DNA from: Nitrospira sp. | GTDB lineage: Bacteria; Nitrospirota; Nitrospiria; Nitrospirales; Nitrospiraceae | Direction of reading: 5' to 3' | NCBI GenBank assembly: GCA_030123565.1 | Contig: CP126122.1 | Location: forward strand, 2,470,800-2,494,799 | Length of the DNA stretch: 24,000 nucleotides | In this document: in pieces, positions 1 through 8,243 of the stretch | Numbering within the stretch: position 1 is the first letter of the stretch | How the letters are laid out: each line of letters begins with the position of its first letter | The notes under the pieces: generated by a model | What the model saw: only the letters and a program-made list of their open reading frames with translations | What the model was told of the DNA's origin: nothing | Database searches by the model: none | Made by a program: the position numbers and the translations under genes

Positions 1-9
1 ATCGGGGCC

Positions 10-1719
10 ATGAACGACATCACCGACCGGCGACAGTTGGAAACCTTTCAAGCCGCACAACTGGCCGTCAGCCTGGCGCTCGATGACTCCCCTGCGCTCG
101 GTGATGCGCTGCCGAAAATTCTCCGCGCCTTATGCGAAGTCAACCGGTGGACGTTGGGGACGTTCTGGATGGTCAATCCCCAGGGAAAGGTACTCCAGTG
201 CGATACCCTCTGGCATCGACCGGATTTCCAGGCGGGAGAATTCATCCGGCAGTATCGTTCGCTTCAATTGAGCCCGGACATGGGACTGGCGGGACAGGCT
301 TGGAAAACGGGAGAGCCGGTTCTCCGTCCGGATATCCAACAGGATCCCGGCGTTCCCATGGCCCATGCCCTGAGCCGCCTCGGATTGCGAAGCGGCATCG
401 CCTTTCCGATCAGGAAAGGCAAAGTCATCATGGGCATCATGGAATTCCTCTCCTTGGACATCCTGCGGCCCAGCGCCGCCCAAGTCCACATGGTCGCCGA
501 ACTCGGTACGAGAGTCAGCCAATTCATTCAAGACAAGGATTTTGAACGGCAACTGCGTCAAGGGCAGAAGATGGAAGCCTTGGGACGAATGGCCGGAGGT
601 ATCGCACACGATTTCAACAACCTGCTGACCGTCATCAACAGCTGGAGCGAGATACTCCTGACGGAGTCCACGTTGGACCCTCGCACCAACCAGGGCCTGA
701 ATCAGATCAGGGAAGCGGGAAACAAGGCGGCGAGCCTCACCCGTCAACTCCTGGCCTTCAGCCGCCACCAACTGGTCAGACAACAGATTCTCAACCTGAA
801 CGACCGGGTCACGGACATCGTCGATCTGATGCGGCGGGTGATCGGAGAAGACATCAATCTCATCGTGACATTGGATCCCACCGTGGGACCGATTCACGCG
901 GACCCCGGTCAGATCGAGCAGGTGGTGATGAACCTGGTGGTGAATGCCCGCGATGCCATGCCGCAGGGCGGTCGTCTCGAGCTCGAGACCAGAGAACAGC
1001 AGATCACGCAATCCGACTCCTCGTGGCCCGATTCGATCAAGCCCGGCCCCTATGTGACCTTGGCCGTGCGCGATACAGGATGCGGCATGGATGCGGAGAC
1101 GCTGGCCCACGTCTTCGAGCCGTTTTTCACCACCAAGGATCGCGGCAAGGGTACCGGGCTGGGGCTTTCGACCGTCTATGGCATCGTCAAACAATCCGGA
1201 GGAACGATCGGGGTCGAAAGCGTACCGGGGCAAGGCACGACCTTTACGATCTATTTCCCGCGCACCGATGGACGGCAAGCCGCCCCCCTTCCATCCCCTC
1301 CCCAGCCGGATCGCCCGCAAGGGACGGAGACGATCTTGTTGGTCGAAGATGACGAGATGGTGCACAGCCTCGCTCACACCGTCTTAGCGGCCCAACAGTA
1401 CGCAGTCATGTCGGCGCGGAATGCTCAAGAGGCCCTGTCCATTGCGCGGACCCATGCCGGGCATATTGCACTCCTCGTGACCGATATGGTGATGCCGGGC
1501 ATGACCGGTTCCCAATTGGCCGTGCAGATGAAACAGTTACGGCCGGATATCAAGATCATCATGACGTCCGGTTATGCGGACCGGGGGAAGGAGTTTCTCG
1601 AATCCTTCGGACCGACCGCCGCCTTTTTGCAGAAACCCTATACTCCCGACTCACTCACGGGAAAGGTTCGGGAGATTCTCGACGCCCCTTCGCAACCATC
1701 TACGCCCGACCAGCCCTGA
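10..1719 (+). CDS. hybrid sensor histidine kinase (GAF - HisKA - HATPase_c - receiver)
   Basis: 569-aa ORF with H-box GGIAHDFNNLLTVI, N-box VVNARDAM, G1 DTGCGMD and G2 GTGLGLS. The C-terminal receiver reads LLVEDDE...LLVTDMVMPGMTG...FLQKPY. The N-terminal ~170 aa look like a GAF domain. Confidence 0.9.
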   Translation: MNDITDRRQLETFQAAQLAVSLALDDSPALGDALPKILRALCEVNRWTLGTFWMVNPQGKVLQCDTLWHRPDFQAGEFIRQYRSLQLSPDMGLAGQAWKTGEPVLRPDIQQDPGVPMAHALSRLGLRSGIAFPIRKGKVIMGIMEFLSLDILRPSAAQVHMVAELGTRVSQFIQDKDFERQLRQGQKMEALGRMAGGIAHDFNNLLTVINSWSEILLTESTLDPRTNQGLNQIREAGNKAASLTRQLLAFSRHQLVRQQILNLNDRVTDIVDLMRRVIGEDINLIVTLDPTVGPIHADPGQIEQVVMNLVVNARDAMPQGGRLELETREQQITQSDSSWPDSIKPGPYVTLAVRDTGCGMDAETLAHVFEPFFTTKDRGKGTGLGLSTVYGIVKQSGGTIGVESVPGQGTTFTIYFPRTDGRQAAPLPSPPQPDRPQGTETILLVEDDEMVHSLAHTVLAAQQYAVMSARNAQEALSIARTHAGHIALLVTDMVMPGMTGSQLAVQMKQLRPDIKIIMTSGYADRGKEFLESFGPTAAFLQKPYTPDSLTGKVREILDAPSQPSTPDQP

Positions 1720-1778
1720 AGACGAGCGCCTTCCCCCGGTCGGACGATGCGATAGGGAGTGGAAAGAAACGGAACGGA

Positions 1779-1801
1779 CTGTGTGGATCCACACCACACA
1801 G
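1779..1801. terminator. palindromic hairpin between the convergent kinase gene and the orphan peptidase 3' end (possible bidirectional terminator)
   Basis: CTGTGTGG-atccaca-CCACACAG, including the perfect 14-nt palindrome GTGTGGATCCACAC (1781-1794). There is no flanking U-run, so confidence is low. Confidence 0.3.
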
Positions 1802-1808
1802 GGTGAGG

Positions 1809-1967
1809 TCAGCGTGTATCGCTCCCGACGGCGGTCGGAGCGGCATCTTCTTTGGTCGGAAGCGCCGGAACTGCGAGGACCGGTGTGGCTGAGGCGGGAT
1901 TCTGGGGAAAGGGGAGTTCCAGCAGCGCATAGGGATTCACCCGGGCGCCGTTCGCCTTCATTCCCCA
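1809..1967 (-). pseudogene. orphan 3' fragment (last ~52 codons) of the M23 peptidase gene found intact at 8607-9620
   Basis: Translation WGMKANGARVNPYALLELPFPQNPASATPVLAVPALPTKEDAAPTAVGSDTR matches the C-terminus of the 8607-9620 protein except for the penultimate residue. No upstream catalytic domain is present; the reading frame runs into the CRISPR flank. Confidence 0.85.
1817..1967. repeat. left copy of the 151-bp direct repeat bracketing the CRISPR-Cas island
   Basis: Manual alignment shows 150/151 identity to 8615-8765. The single mismatch is 1875 g versus 8673 a, which is synonymous in the peptidase frame. Confidence 0.9.
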
Positions 1968-2005
1968 AATGACGCAACCCGGCTCCCGTCCCCCATCATC
2001 GGAAC

Positions 2006-2706
2006 CTTTCACTCTAGCCTTTCCTCTGGGCGGGACTTACAATTGACTGCTCCACTTGTAGGCACGAGTGGATAAATGCTTTCACTCTAGCCTTTCCTCT
2101 GGGCGGGACTTACAATCGATATGCGGCGCGGCATTGTTGAGCAGGTACATGCTTTCACTCTAGCCTTTCCTCTGGGCGGGACTTACAATGCGGTTACGAT
2201 AGGCATAGTCAGACCCTCCTCTTATTCTTTCACTCTAGCCTTTCCTCTGGGCGGGACTTACAATCGAAGAGTCCGTACTGAGAAGAATGCAACTCTACAC
2301 TTTCACTCTAGCCTTTCCTCTGGGCGGGACTTACAATTGTTCCTGCTGGTTTCTCTCATGCCGATCATGGCACCTTTCACTCTAGCCTTTCCTCTGGGCG
2401 GGACTTACAATTCCAGACCCGCACCATGACGGTCGTCAATGCGACGCTCTTTCACTCTAGCCTTTCCTCTGGGCGGGACTTACAATCCGAAGGCCGTTGC
2501 CAATGGTGTAGACAAATTGATGGCTTTCACTCTAGCCTTTCCTCTGGGCGGGACTTACAATCGAGATTTAAAATTGCGGCGGGAGGCGCGCAACACTTTC
2601 ACTCTAGCCTTTCCTCTGGGCGGGACTTACAATGAAGGCCAGAAACAGAACGTGCTGGCACAACGGCACTTTCACTCTAGCCTTTCCTCTGGGCGGGACT
2701 TACAAT
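2006..2706 (+). CRISPR. CRISPR array: 10 identical 38-bp repeats CTTTCACTCTAGCCTTTCCTCTGGGCGGGACTTACAAT and 9 unique spacers of 34-37 bp
   Basis: Repeat starts are 2006, 2079, 2152, 2227, 2300, 2374, 2449, 2524, 2596 and 2669. Spacer lengths are 35, 35, 37, 35, 36, 37, 37, 34 and 35. The + orientation is inferred from the anti-repeat at 8224-8236 and from the TACAAT at each repeat's 3' end. Confidence 0.97.
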
Positions 2707-2869
2707 CCCGCCCAGAAGGCCATGGAAGAATTAAGGTTTGACAGCCCCAAGCAGGGTGTTTCTTCGAAAAGTTTCTACCTGCATGCCAAGTGCCTTGGTA
2801 TGAGAAGTTTTCGAGTTCGACCACCTCAAAACCGTACTGCTCACCAATCGTTTCCAGCTCGCCTTGATT

Positions 2870-3484
2870 TTAGAATACGTCTCCGCAGAAGTTTCGGTAT
2901 TCGCACTGGGTGCACCGTGCTCGGACCGGAGTTGGATTAGGAAATCGCTGCATCATCACGAGGATGCGCACTTGTTTCATACAGGAATGAACTTGCTCTT
3001 TGAGCAATTCATTCAGTTCAACCTCGACAAGCTCCTCATTGTCACTAAGCATCACGAATCCAACCGAGCAGGGCCGCAGAAAATGCTGCTCTGCAAGCAG
3101 ACCATAGGCACAAAGTTGTAACTTCCAGTTCTCGGCCAACTTGCTGCCGCTGGCCTTGAATTCAACGACACCTATCCTGTCTGGAGATTCAAGAATCAGA
3201 TCAACCTTACCGATCATCCCTAACGACTCAGCGAAGATTTCCAAGCCGAAATGTCGAATCGCCTCCTGGAAACCATATCGGCTCAGCATCCGTCTCGGCT
3301 CCAAACGCTCGAATCGCTCCTCCTGCTGGTGACCGCGCTGCATAAGAAAGGTCGCCGGCGGACGCACTGGCATAACCCAGTGGTAATAGACGATGCGCGG
3401 GCAGTACAGAAACTGCTTCAGATCATTCACGCTCAACACTGGTTCAGATACCTGGACTACCGATTGGTCTGCAGCCAACGTCAT
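2870..3484 (-). CDS. cas4: Cas4 (RecB-like exonuclease with a 4-Cys Fe-S cluster)
   Basis: 204 aa with an N-terminal Cys (FLYCPRIVYY) and the nuclease motif GKVDLILE...VVEFKAS. The C-terminal CTQCEYRNFC supplies the remaining three Cys. It lies 3 nt downstream of cas2. Confidence 0.9.
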   Translation of the reverse strand: MTLAADQSVVQVSEPVLSVNDLKQFLYCPRIVYYHWVMPVRPPATFLMQRGHQQEERFERLEPRRMLSRYGFQEAIRHFGLEIFAESLGMIGKVDLILESPDRIGVVEFKASGSKLAENWKLQLCAYGLLAEQHFLRPCSVGFVMLSDNEELVEVELNELLKEQVHSCMKQVRILVMMQRFPNPTPVRARCTQCEYRNFCGDVF

Positions 3485-3487
3485 GAT

Positions 3488-3829
3488 CTAGAACCTTTGA
3501 ATCGTCGGTTTGTCTGCCCCCGGCTCCGGCCAAGTCCTGCGCGTGTCTTGGTCGCCCTCTTCCTCAGACTGTTGTTGGAACACCAGCCGCTTGTCCAAGT
3601 CATCACTGCTGATCGGCTGAATTAATATTCTTCCCGTGGTTGAGCCGAGCAATTCTTTTAAACGCAAAAAGAGTTCTCGCCTTCGTGTCGCATCAAGACG
3701 TCCTGAGAATGCGCTAAATTGAAAACGCTCCAGGCCAAAGTCCAGGCACGCATCGCTGATACGCTGCCGAACTCGATCGTTCACAATATCGTAGACCACA
3801 AGACACAATGTGCTGACTTCACTGCTCAT
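3488..3829 (-). CDS. cas2: Cas2
   Basis: 113 aa starting LVVYDIVNDRVRQRISDACLDFGLERFQFSAFSG, a typical Cas2 ferredoxin-like N-terminus with the catalytic Asp. It lies 6 nt downstream of cas1. Confidence 0.9.
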   Translation of the reverse strand: MSSEVSTLCLVVYDIVNDRVRQRISDACLDFGLERFQFSAFSGRLDATRRRELFLRLKELLGSTTGRILIQPISSDDLDKRLVFQQQSEEEGDQDTRRTWPEPGADKPTIQRF

Positions 3830-3835
3830 AGCTTC

Positions 3836-5071
3836 TTACCACTTGAATCGGAACGGCACATATCGGGTCTGTCGGTCGGTAAGAAACGACGCCACCTGAC
3901 GCGCCTGCATCTGAATGATCGAGCGAACTTGATAATCCGCACCCTTCCACCGTTCACGACTTTCGAGCCGCCGCAGCAGCCGGTCAACCAGTATTGATCG
4001 AGTATCGGCATCAAGGCCTTTGTTCGATCCATTCGCCGGCAGTTGAAGTTGTCCCAGGCGCAAAGCGGCAATAATCGTCCTATCGACCACCGGCGCTCGG
4101 AATTCCTCTGTAAGATCAAGCACAAGACTCGGCTTGCCGGGCCGGTCGGTATGGAGATATCCGGCAAATGGTTCAAGACCTGCGTTCTGAATGGCACCCC
4201 ACACTTGGCTATAGAGGACTCCATATCCATAGTTAAGCAGCGAGTTTACGAAATCACCGGCGCCGCGGTGGGCGCGGTGGGTAAACTCAGCCTGCTTTTC
4301 AATCAGCTGTGAAATGCCTGTCCAATAGACCTTGGCCGCCTGACCTTCCAACCCCATGATCATGGAACGGGCTTTCTCCAAATCCGACCACGGCCCGCGC
4401 AGAATATCCCGTCGCGCACGGAGAATCAGCGAGACCTTCTCACGGATTACCCTAAACAGTTCCGGCTGAGTCAATCGAAGATTCTTGACGCAATATTTGA
4501 GGAGCCGAGCCTGATTGAGCAACTTACCCGAGGCAATCGCACAGGCCAACATCAGCCCTCGTCCATTTCCCAGTGCTTCAAGTTGCGCCCGCCGAATTTG
4601 TATGCTCGCAGTCAACATCGGCGACGCTATTTGAGCGACAGGCCGTCCGTCATAACCAACGATCGACACGCGAACACCACGATCTGCCAAAGCTGCGACC
4701 GCATCGACAGAGACAGAAAGCCCTGAGGATGCAAGTTGCAGCTCATGGATATGATCGAACGGAACCTGCCAGATGACTTTGCCGTCTTTTTTCTTCAAGA
4801 CCAGCCGTTCGCTCTTCTTCCCCACATACCCGCCGAATCCCGACAGACTGACCGTGAGCCCCTCGGGACTCTGCACAACCGCGAGGCCCTCTTCAAGCAC
4901 ATGCTCCTGAACACCGGGCGGGAAAAAATCGAGCATGAAGTTGGGTAACTCTTCCTCACCGGTGTAGAGATTAATTTGACGAGGAACGGGAGGAAGGAGT
5001 TCAAGAACAGGGGCAGGAGAAACAGGTGATTTGACTGGGCCTTGCGGATCAGGAAGCGGTTCCGGGGTCAT
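3836..5071 (-). CDS. cas1: Cas1 integrase with a ~65-70-aa Pro-rich N-terminal extension
   Basis: 411 aa with GLEGQAAKVYW, HRGAGDFVNSLLNYGYGVLY and LHTDRPGKPSLVLDLTEEFRAPVVD (the Cas1 E/H/D core). The ATG at 5071 is preceded by GGGGAG 8 nt upstream. It overlaps the cas9 3' end by 23 nt. Confidence 0.92.
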   Translation of the reverse strand: MTPEPLPDPQGPVKSPVSPAPVLELLPPVPRQINLYTGEEELPNFMLDFFPPGVQEHVLEEGLAVVQSPEGLTVSLSGFGGYVGKKSERLVLKKKDGKVIWQVPFDHIHELQLASSGLSVSVDAVAALADRGVRVSIVGYDGRPVAQIASPMLTASIQIRRAQLEALGNGRGLMLACAIASGKLLNQARLLKYCVKNLRLTQPELFRVIREKVSLILRARRDILRGPWSDLEKARSMIMGLEGQAAKVYWTGISQLIEKQAEFTHRAHRGAGDFVNSLLNYGYGVLYSQVWGAIQNAGLEPFAGYLHTDRPGKPSLVLDLTEEFRAPVVDRTIIAALRLGQLQLPANGSNKGLDADTRSILVDRLLRRLESRERWKGADYQVRSIIQMQARQVASFLTDRQTRYVPFRFKW

Positions 5072-8060
5072 ACTGTTTCTCCCCGTTGATTGTTTCGAAG
5101 TACTTTACTAGGGCGGCCTTACGTAGCTTGATCTCACGGCCTGCTTTAACAGATTCTTCCGTCTCAACTTGCCTTTTCAAGTTCAGACGCCGTGCTAGCG
5201 CATCGGGGATGGCCTGTTCTGGCAATAACCTAACCTCTGCCTCGTCAAACTCCTTGACTCTGTAATAGCCGGACTTGTGGCCAGCCCTTTCATCCAGCCA
5301 GACAAAGTGGTGCCGGGGCCACGTTCCGACGACTCTTGCACCATCGGGCATTGGTGGTTCAAATCGCGGGACACCAAAGGACTGGAATAGTGCCGGGTAC
5401 CGAATCGACCACTTGAGATCCTTGATTGACTCATTTTGTTTCGTCCAGAACACTATAGCCTCTGAAGCAGGCTTCAATTCGACTTTTCGTGGAGGGCCGC
5501 CTTTAGGCTCAACACGGGCAAATGTCCCACCTTTGTTCTTGCTAACCTTGACGTGCCTTATGCCTGGAAACTCAGTTGTCAAAACTTCAGACGGAAGCGA
5601 TTGTCCTTTCTTTATAGCGAGAGATTTGGCAACAGCCCTAAATCTTCTGTCCAATTCCTCTGAAGCCATACGACTCTCAGAGGGGTGGCGTCGCTCATCT
5701 GGTCCTTTGCCACTGTAAACGAAAGCGGCCAGCGGCTCGTAAAGTGTCTTCCGCTTCTCATCAAGCGCAGCAGGGTCTTGAGAAAATGTCAGATCGGCAA
5801 ATTTCCTTTTCCAACTAATGGGATATCGACCCAACACCTTCACCAGCGGCCAAGTACGCCGCTCCATATACTCAACCCAATCCGGAGCAATTTCTGGCAC
5901 GGCAAGTCCGTCCTGTTCAACGGGCTTTCCATCCCATCGAGGGCGGATCGCACGATACCGGAAGATTGTTTCGCGCCAAGTATGGGGAGGGCATGCAGCA
6001 ATGAGAGCCGCATCCTGGGCATGGTTGAACAGGTCGTTGTTGTTCTTGAGAGGAAAATTGTTTGTGCCGTCCGCCTTCTTAAGCCATGATTTCCGTAGCT
6101 GGGTCGTTGTGCGTCCATCTATTCGCTGGACAAAGGAAGATCCAGATTCGTAAGTCACCTTTGGCACAGCAACACCGCGTTTTTTGAACAGTTCCCCCAG
6201 AGCCACCACGAACTGTCGCGGCCGGGCCCCAACATGCGCCAGCGGAGTTGGATTCTCGGGATAATCAGCACCCTGAGAAAGAAGCAGCATGCGTTTCCGA
6301 TCAGAGATGCGAACAGTTTTCTTCTTCCCATCCTCGCCTTCTACTTGAACCCCTTGAGTGGTCAATACGTCGATTCGTTGAGCGAGCCTCATCCATCTAC
6401 CAGTATCAGATCCCAACCATTCGTATGGAGTTTGGTCGCCTTTCTCCGCGTTACACAATCTACATACGGGAACCAGGTTGTCCCACACATCCGGTCCACC
6501 ACGGGATTGTGGGAAAATATGATCCTTGTCTTCAGCCGGCCGTGGACTCGTCAAGTCGCAATAGAGACACGTGCCATCGGTTTCATGCTTGAGTCTCTCC
6601 ATGAACGGTTCAGGCTTTCGGAGTTTCTGTTCTCCCTTGCGGGCCTGTTCCGTTTGAGGCTTCGGCACTTCCAGAGTAATCAACTGGATAGGTCCATATC
6701 GCCAAGCTTCGTCTTCCCGTTTCTCTGGTTTGAACAGGATTTGTTCCAACCGGTGCAACACACGCTTATCGTGTTGTTCACGGCAGGGATTCGGAGCCTT
6801 CCGCACCTTCACTCGATGCCACTCACCGACCACATCCTTCATCGTCCTGCCCTGTGCTGCCTCTACGAGATGTTGACGACACAAGCTGGCTCTCCCATCA
6901 GGGGTCTCATTCCAGAGCAGATCAGAAATCTGGCGCGCCATCGATTCCTGAGCGCCTAGCTTTTTGAGGTAAGATTGAATGGCTTTGAGCTTCGGAACTG
7001 TCAGTGAAACACCCTTACGAGACCGTTTCTGTTGCAAATTACTATGTTGAGATTCACTGCTCTGTCCTCGGAGGTCCCACCACTTTCTGAACACGGAGAA
7101 CTCTTCTAGTTTCAAAGGCCTAACCACGCGGCCTTCTCGAACTCGGAGATTCCGAACTGCTGCTTCATAGGCAATCTCTCGCACCTTACTTTTCCGAGGA
7201 GTTGGTTTCCCGCACCATGCACAACCGCTCTTGAGTCGATTTTCGAAACGGGCGGGGCGCAAGATTTTGTTCAAGAGACGGCAGAGTTCTCGTTGCCAGC
7301 GCTGAATAGTGTCTTTCGAGAGATTGATTGAATTACCGAACCCATCGATAACTGAACACAAGTCAGCCGCTTTTACATCTCTGTGTTCAGCCTTGCGTGG
7401 TTCAGACTCCCGATGAAGCGCCTTCTCAAGCTCGCCAAGAAGGTCGTCCGGGGAAATCCTTTTCTTCCCGCGCACGGAATTGTCCGGGTCCTGTTGGCGG
7501 CGCTGAATCTCAGACCGAATTTGCGAAGCCAGACTATCTGGGACTCTGGATGAAAGTAGAAAATCTTTCAGCTTCACATCCGTCATATTTGCCAACTCAA
7601 TAGCGTCCCACTTATATCCTCGTTTCCGGAAGATAAGCGTGAGGGCTCGCACAAACCCTTTCGAATCCACCTTTCCTTGCTTCGCCAGATCAATCCAGGA
7701 AGGGGCATCGGCTGGGTTCTTGCCTGAAATTTGAAAGATGCCCGGTTGAACTTGAAAACGTGGATCTTTCAGCACCACGTAAGGATCTGGAAGTCTACTG
7801 TCGTTTGGCAGCTTTTGCCGCAACACCCATGAGCGTAGCCGGGCAAGACGCATCTTTTTCGCGTTACGAGTCCTTCGGCCACGACGAAGCTGCCGACGTT
7901 GCTCTAGATCTGAACCATGAAAGTCAACGTAGGTTTCCGCGTGGAGTATCTGATTGCCTTGCACAACCGAAATACCACCGGCTGATTCGCCGAAATCAAT
8001 TCCTACACGAACGGTGGGCAGGAAGGAGTTGATTCGCTCTAGAAGCCTGGGCGTCAGCAA
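5049..8060 (-). CDS. cas9: Cas9 (compact, ~1,003 aa if translated from TTG 8060; the longest ORF extends to GTG 8168)
   Basis: RuvC-I VRVGIDFGESAGG, Arg-rich bridge helix RRQLRRGRRTRNAKKMRLARLRSW, RuvC-II LITLEVPK. HNH is DKDHIFPQSRGGPDVWDNLVPVCRLCNAEKG and RuvC-III is NHAQDAALIAA. The start is uncertain: the upstream 36 codons overlap an intrinsic terminator. Confidence 0.9.
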   Translation of the reverse strand: MLTPRLLERINSFLPTVRVGIDFGESAGGISVVQGNQILHAETYVDFHGSDLEQRRQLRRGRRTRNAKKMRLARLRSWVLRQKLPNDSRLPDPYVVLKDPRFQVQPGIFQISGKNPADAPSWIDLAKQGKVDSKGFVRALTLIFRKRGYKWDAIELANMTDVKLKDFLLSSRVPDSLASQIRSEIQRRQQDPDNSVRGKKRISPDDLLGELEKALHRESEPRKAEHRDVKAADLCSVIDGFGNSINLSKDTIQRWQRELCRLLNKILRPARFENRLKSGCAWCGKPTPRKSKVREIAYEAAVRNLRVREGRVVRPLKLEEFSVFRKWWDLRGQSSESQHSNLQQKRSRKGVSLTVPKLKAIQSYLKKLGAQESMARQISDLLWNETPDGRASLCRQHLVEAAQGRTMKDVVGEWHRVKVRKAPNPCREQHDKRVLHRLEQILFKPEKREDEAWRYGPIQLITLEVPKPQTEQARKGEQKLRKPEPFMERLKHETDGTCLYCDLTSPRPAEDKDHIFPQSRGGPDVWDNLVPVCRLCNAEKGDQTPYEWLGSDTGRWMRLAQRIDVLTTQGVQVEGEDGKKKTVRISDRKRMLLLSQGADYPENPTPLAHVGARPRQFVVALGELFKKRGVAVPKVTYESGSSFVQRIDGRTTTQLRKSWLKKADGTNNFPLKNNNDLFNHAQDAALIAACPPHTWRETIFRYRAIRPRWDGKPVEQDGLAVPEIAPDWVEYMERRTWPLVKVLGRYPISWKRKFADLTFSQDPAALDEKRKTLYEPLAAFVYSGKGPDERRHPSESRMASEELDRRFRAVAKSLAIKKGQSLPSEVLTTEFPGIRHVKVSKNKGGTFARVEPKGGPPRKVELKPASEAIVFWTKQNESIKDLKWSIRYPALFQSFGVPRFEPPMPDGARVVGTWPRHHFVWLDERAGHKSGYYRVKEFDEAEVRLLPEQAIPDALARRLNLKRQVETEESVKAGREIKLRKAALVKYFETINGEKQYDPGTAS

Positions 8061-8082
8061 AATGGCACCAGGGGGTGAGGAT

Positions 8083-8120
8083 AAAAAAGGTGGCGCTCCT
8101 CGCTCGTCGAGTGCGCCACC
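8083..8120 (-). terminator. intrinsic terminator (predicted tracrRNA 3' end)
   Basis: Minus strand reads GGTGGCGC-a-CTCG-acgag-CGAG-ga-GCGCCACC followed by TTTTTT (8088-8083). Confidence 0.65.
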
Positions 8121-8236
8121 AACCCTTGCCCTTCCGGGGTCCGAGTACCGGTCTTCGGGGCCACCCACACCCTGGTTCCGATGCTGGGTTACATCGGCGA
8201 GGACTGGAGTAGCGCCTGGGCTTCTTTCACTCTAGC
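8083..8236 (-). ncRNA. tracrRNA: predicted tracrRNA (~154 nt)
   Basis: The 5' end GCUAGAGUGAAAG (8236-8224) is the exact reverse complement of repeat nt 1-13. It is followed by AAG..., a CCGAUG/CAUCGG hairpin (8197-8178) and the terminator at 8120-8083. A promoter sits at the right distance upstream. Confidence 0.55.
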
Positions 8237-8243
8237 AATGATG

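Noticed and set aside
130-1377. 415-aa ORF on the minus strand opposite the histidine kinase gene
   Set aside because: It is entirely antisense to a gene with clear kinase motifs. Its composition is Arg/Gly/Pro/Leu-rich with no recognisable domains, which is typical of a high-GC shadow ORF.
1984-1993. Left array flank TCCCGTCC, partly complementary (with one G-U pair) to the repeat core GGGCGGGA
   Set aside because: It is only 8 bp with a wobble and lies at a non-fixed distance of about 35 nt from the first repeat core. That is within chance expectation, unlike the perfect abutting 10-mer at the other flank.
2121-2940. ORFs of 69-102 aa running through the CRISPR array with recurring FTLAFPLGGTYN or FHSSLSSGRDLQ peptides
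   Set aside because: The recurring peptides are simply translations of the 38-bp repeat in two frames, so these are not genes.
5275-6959. Plus-strand ORFs inside cas9 (for example 6234-6959 of 241 aa and 5275-5718 of 147 aa)
   Set aside because: They are antisense to Cas9 coding sequence with intact motifs, and I could recognise no domain features in them.
8061-8168. N-terminal 36 codons of the longest cas9 ORF (GTG 8168)
   Set aside because: The peptide is low-complexity, contains an intrinsic terminator hairpin and U-tract, and displaces the RuvC-I motif far from the N-terminus. It was treated as non-coding tracrRNA 3' sequence, though the true start remains uncertain.
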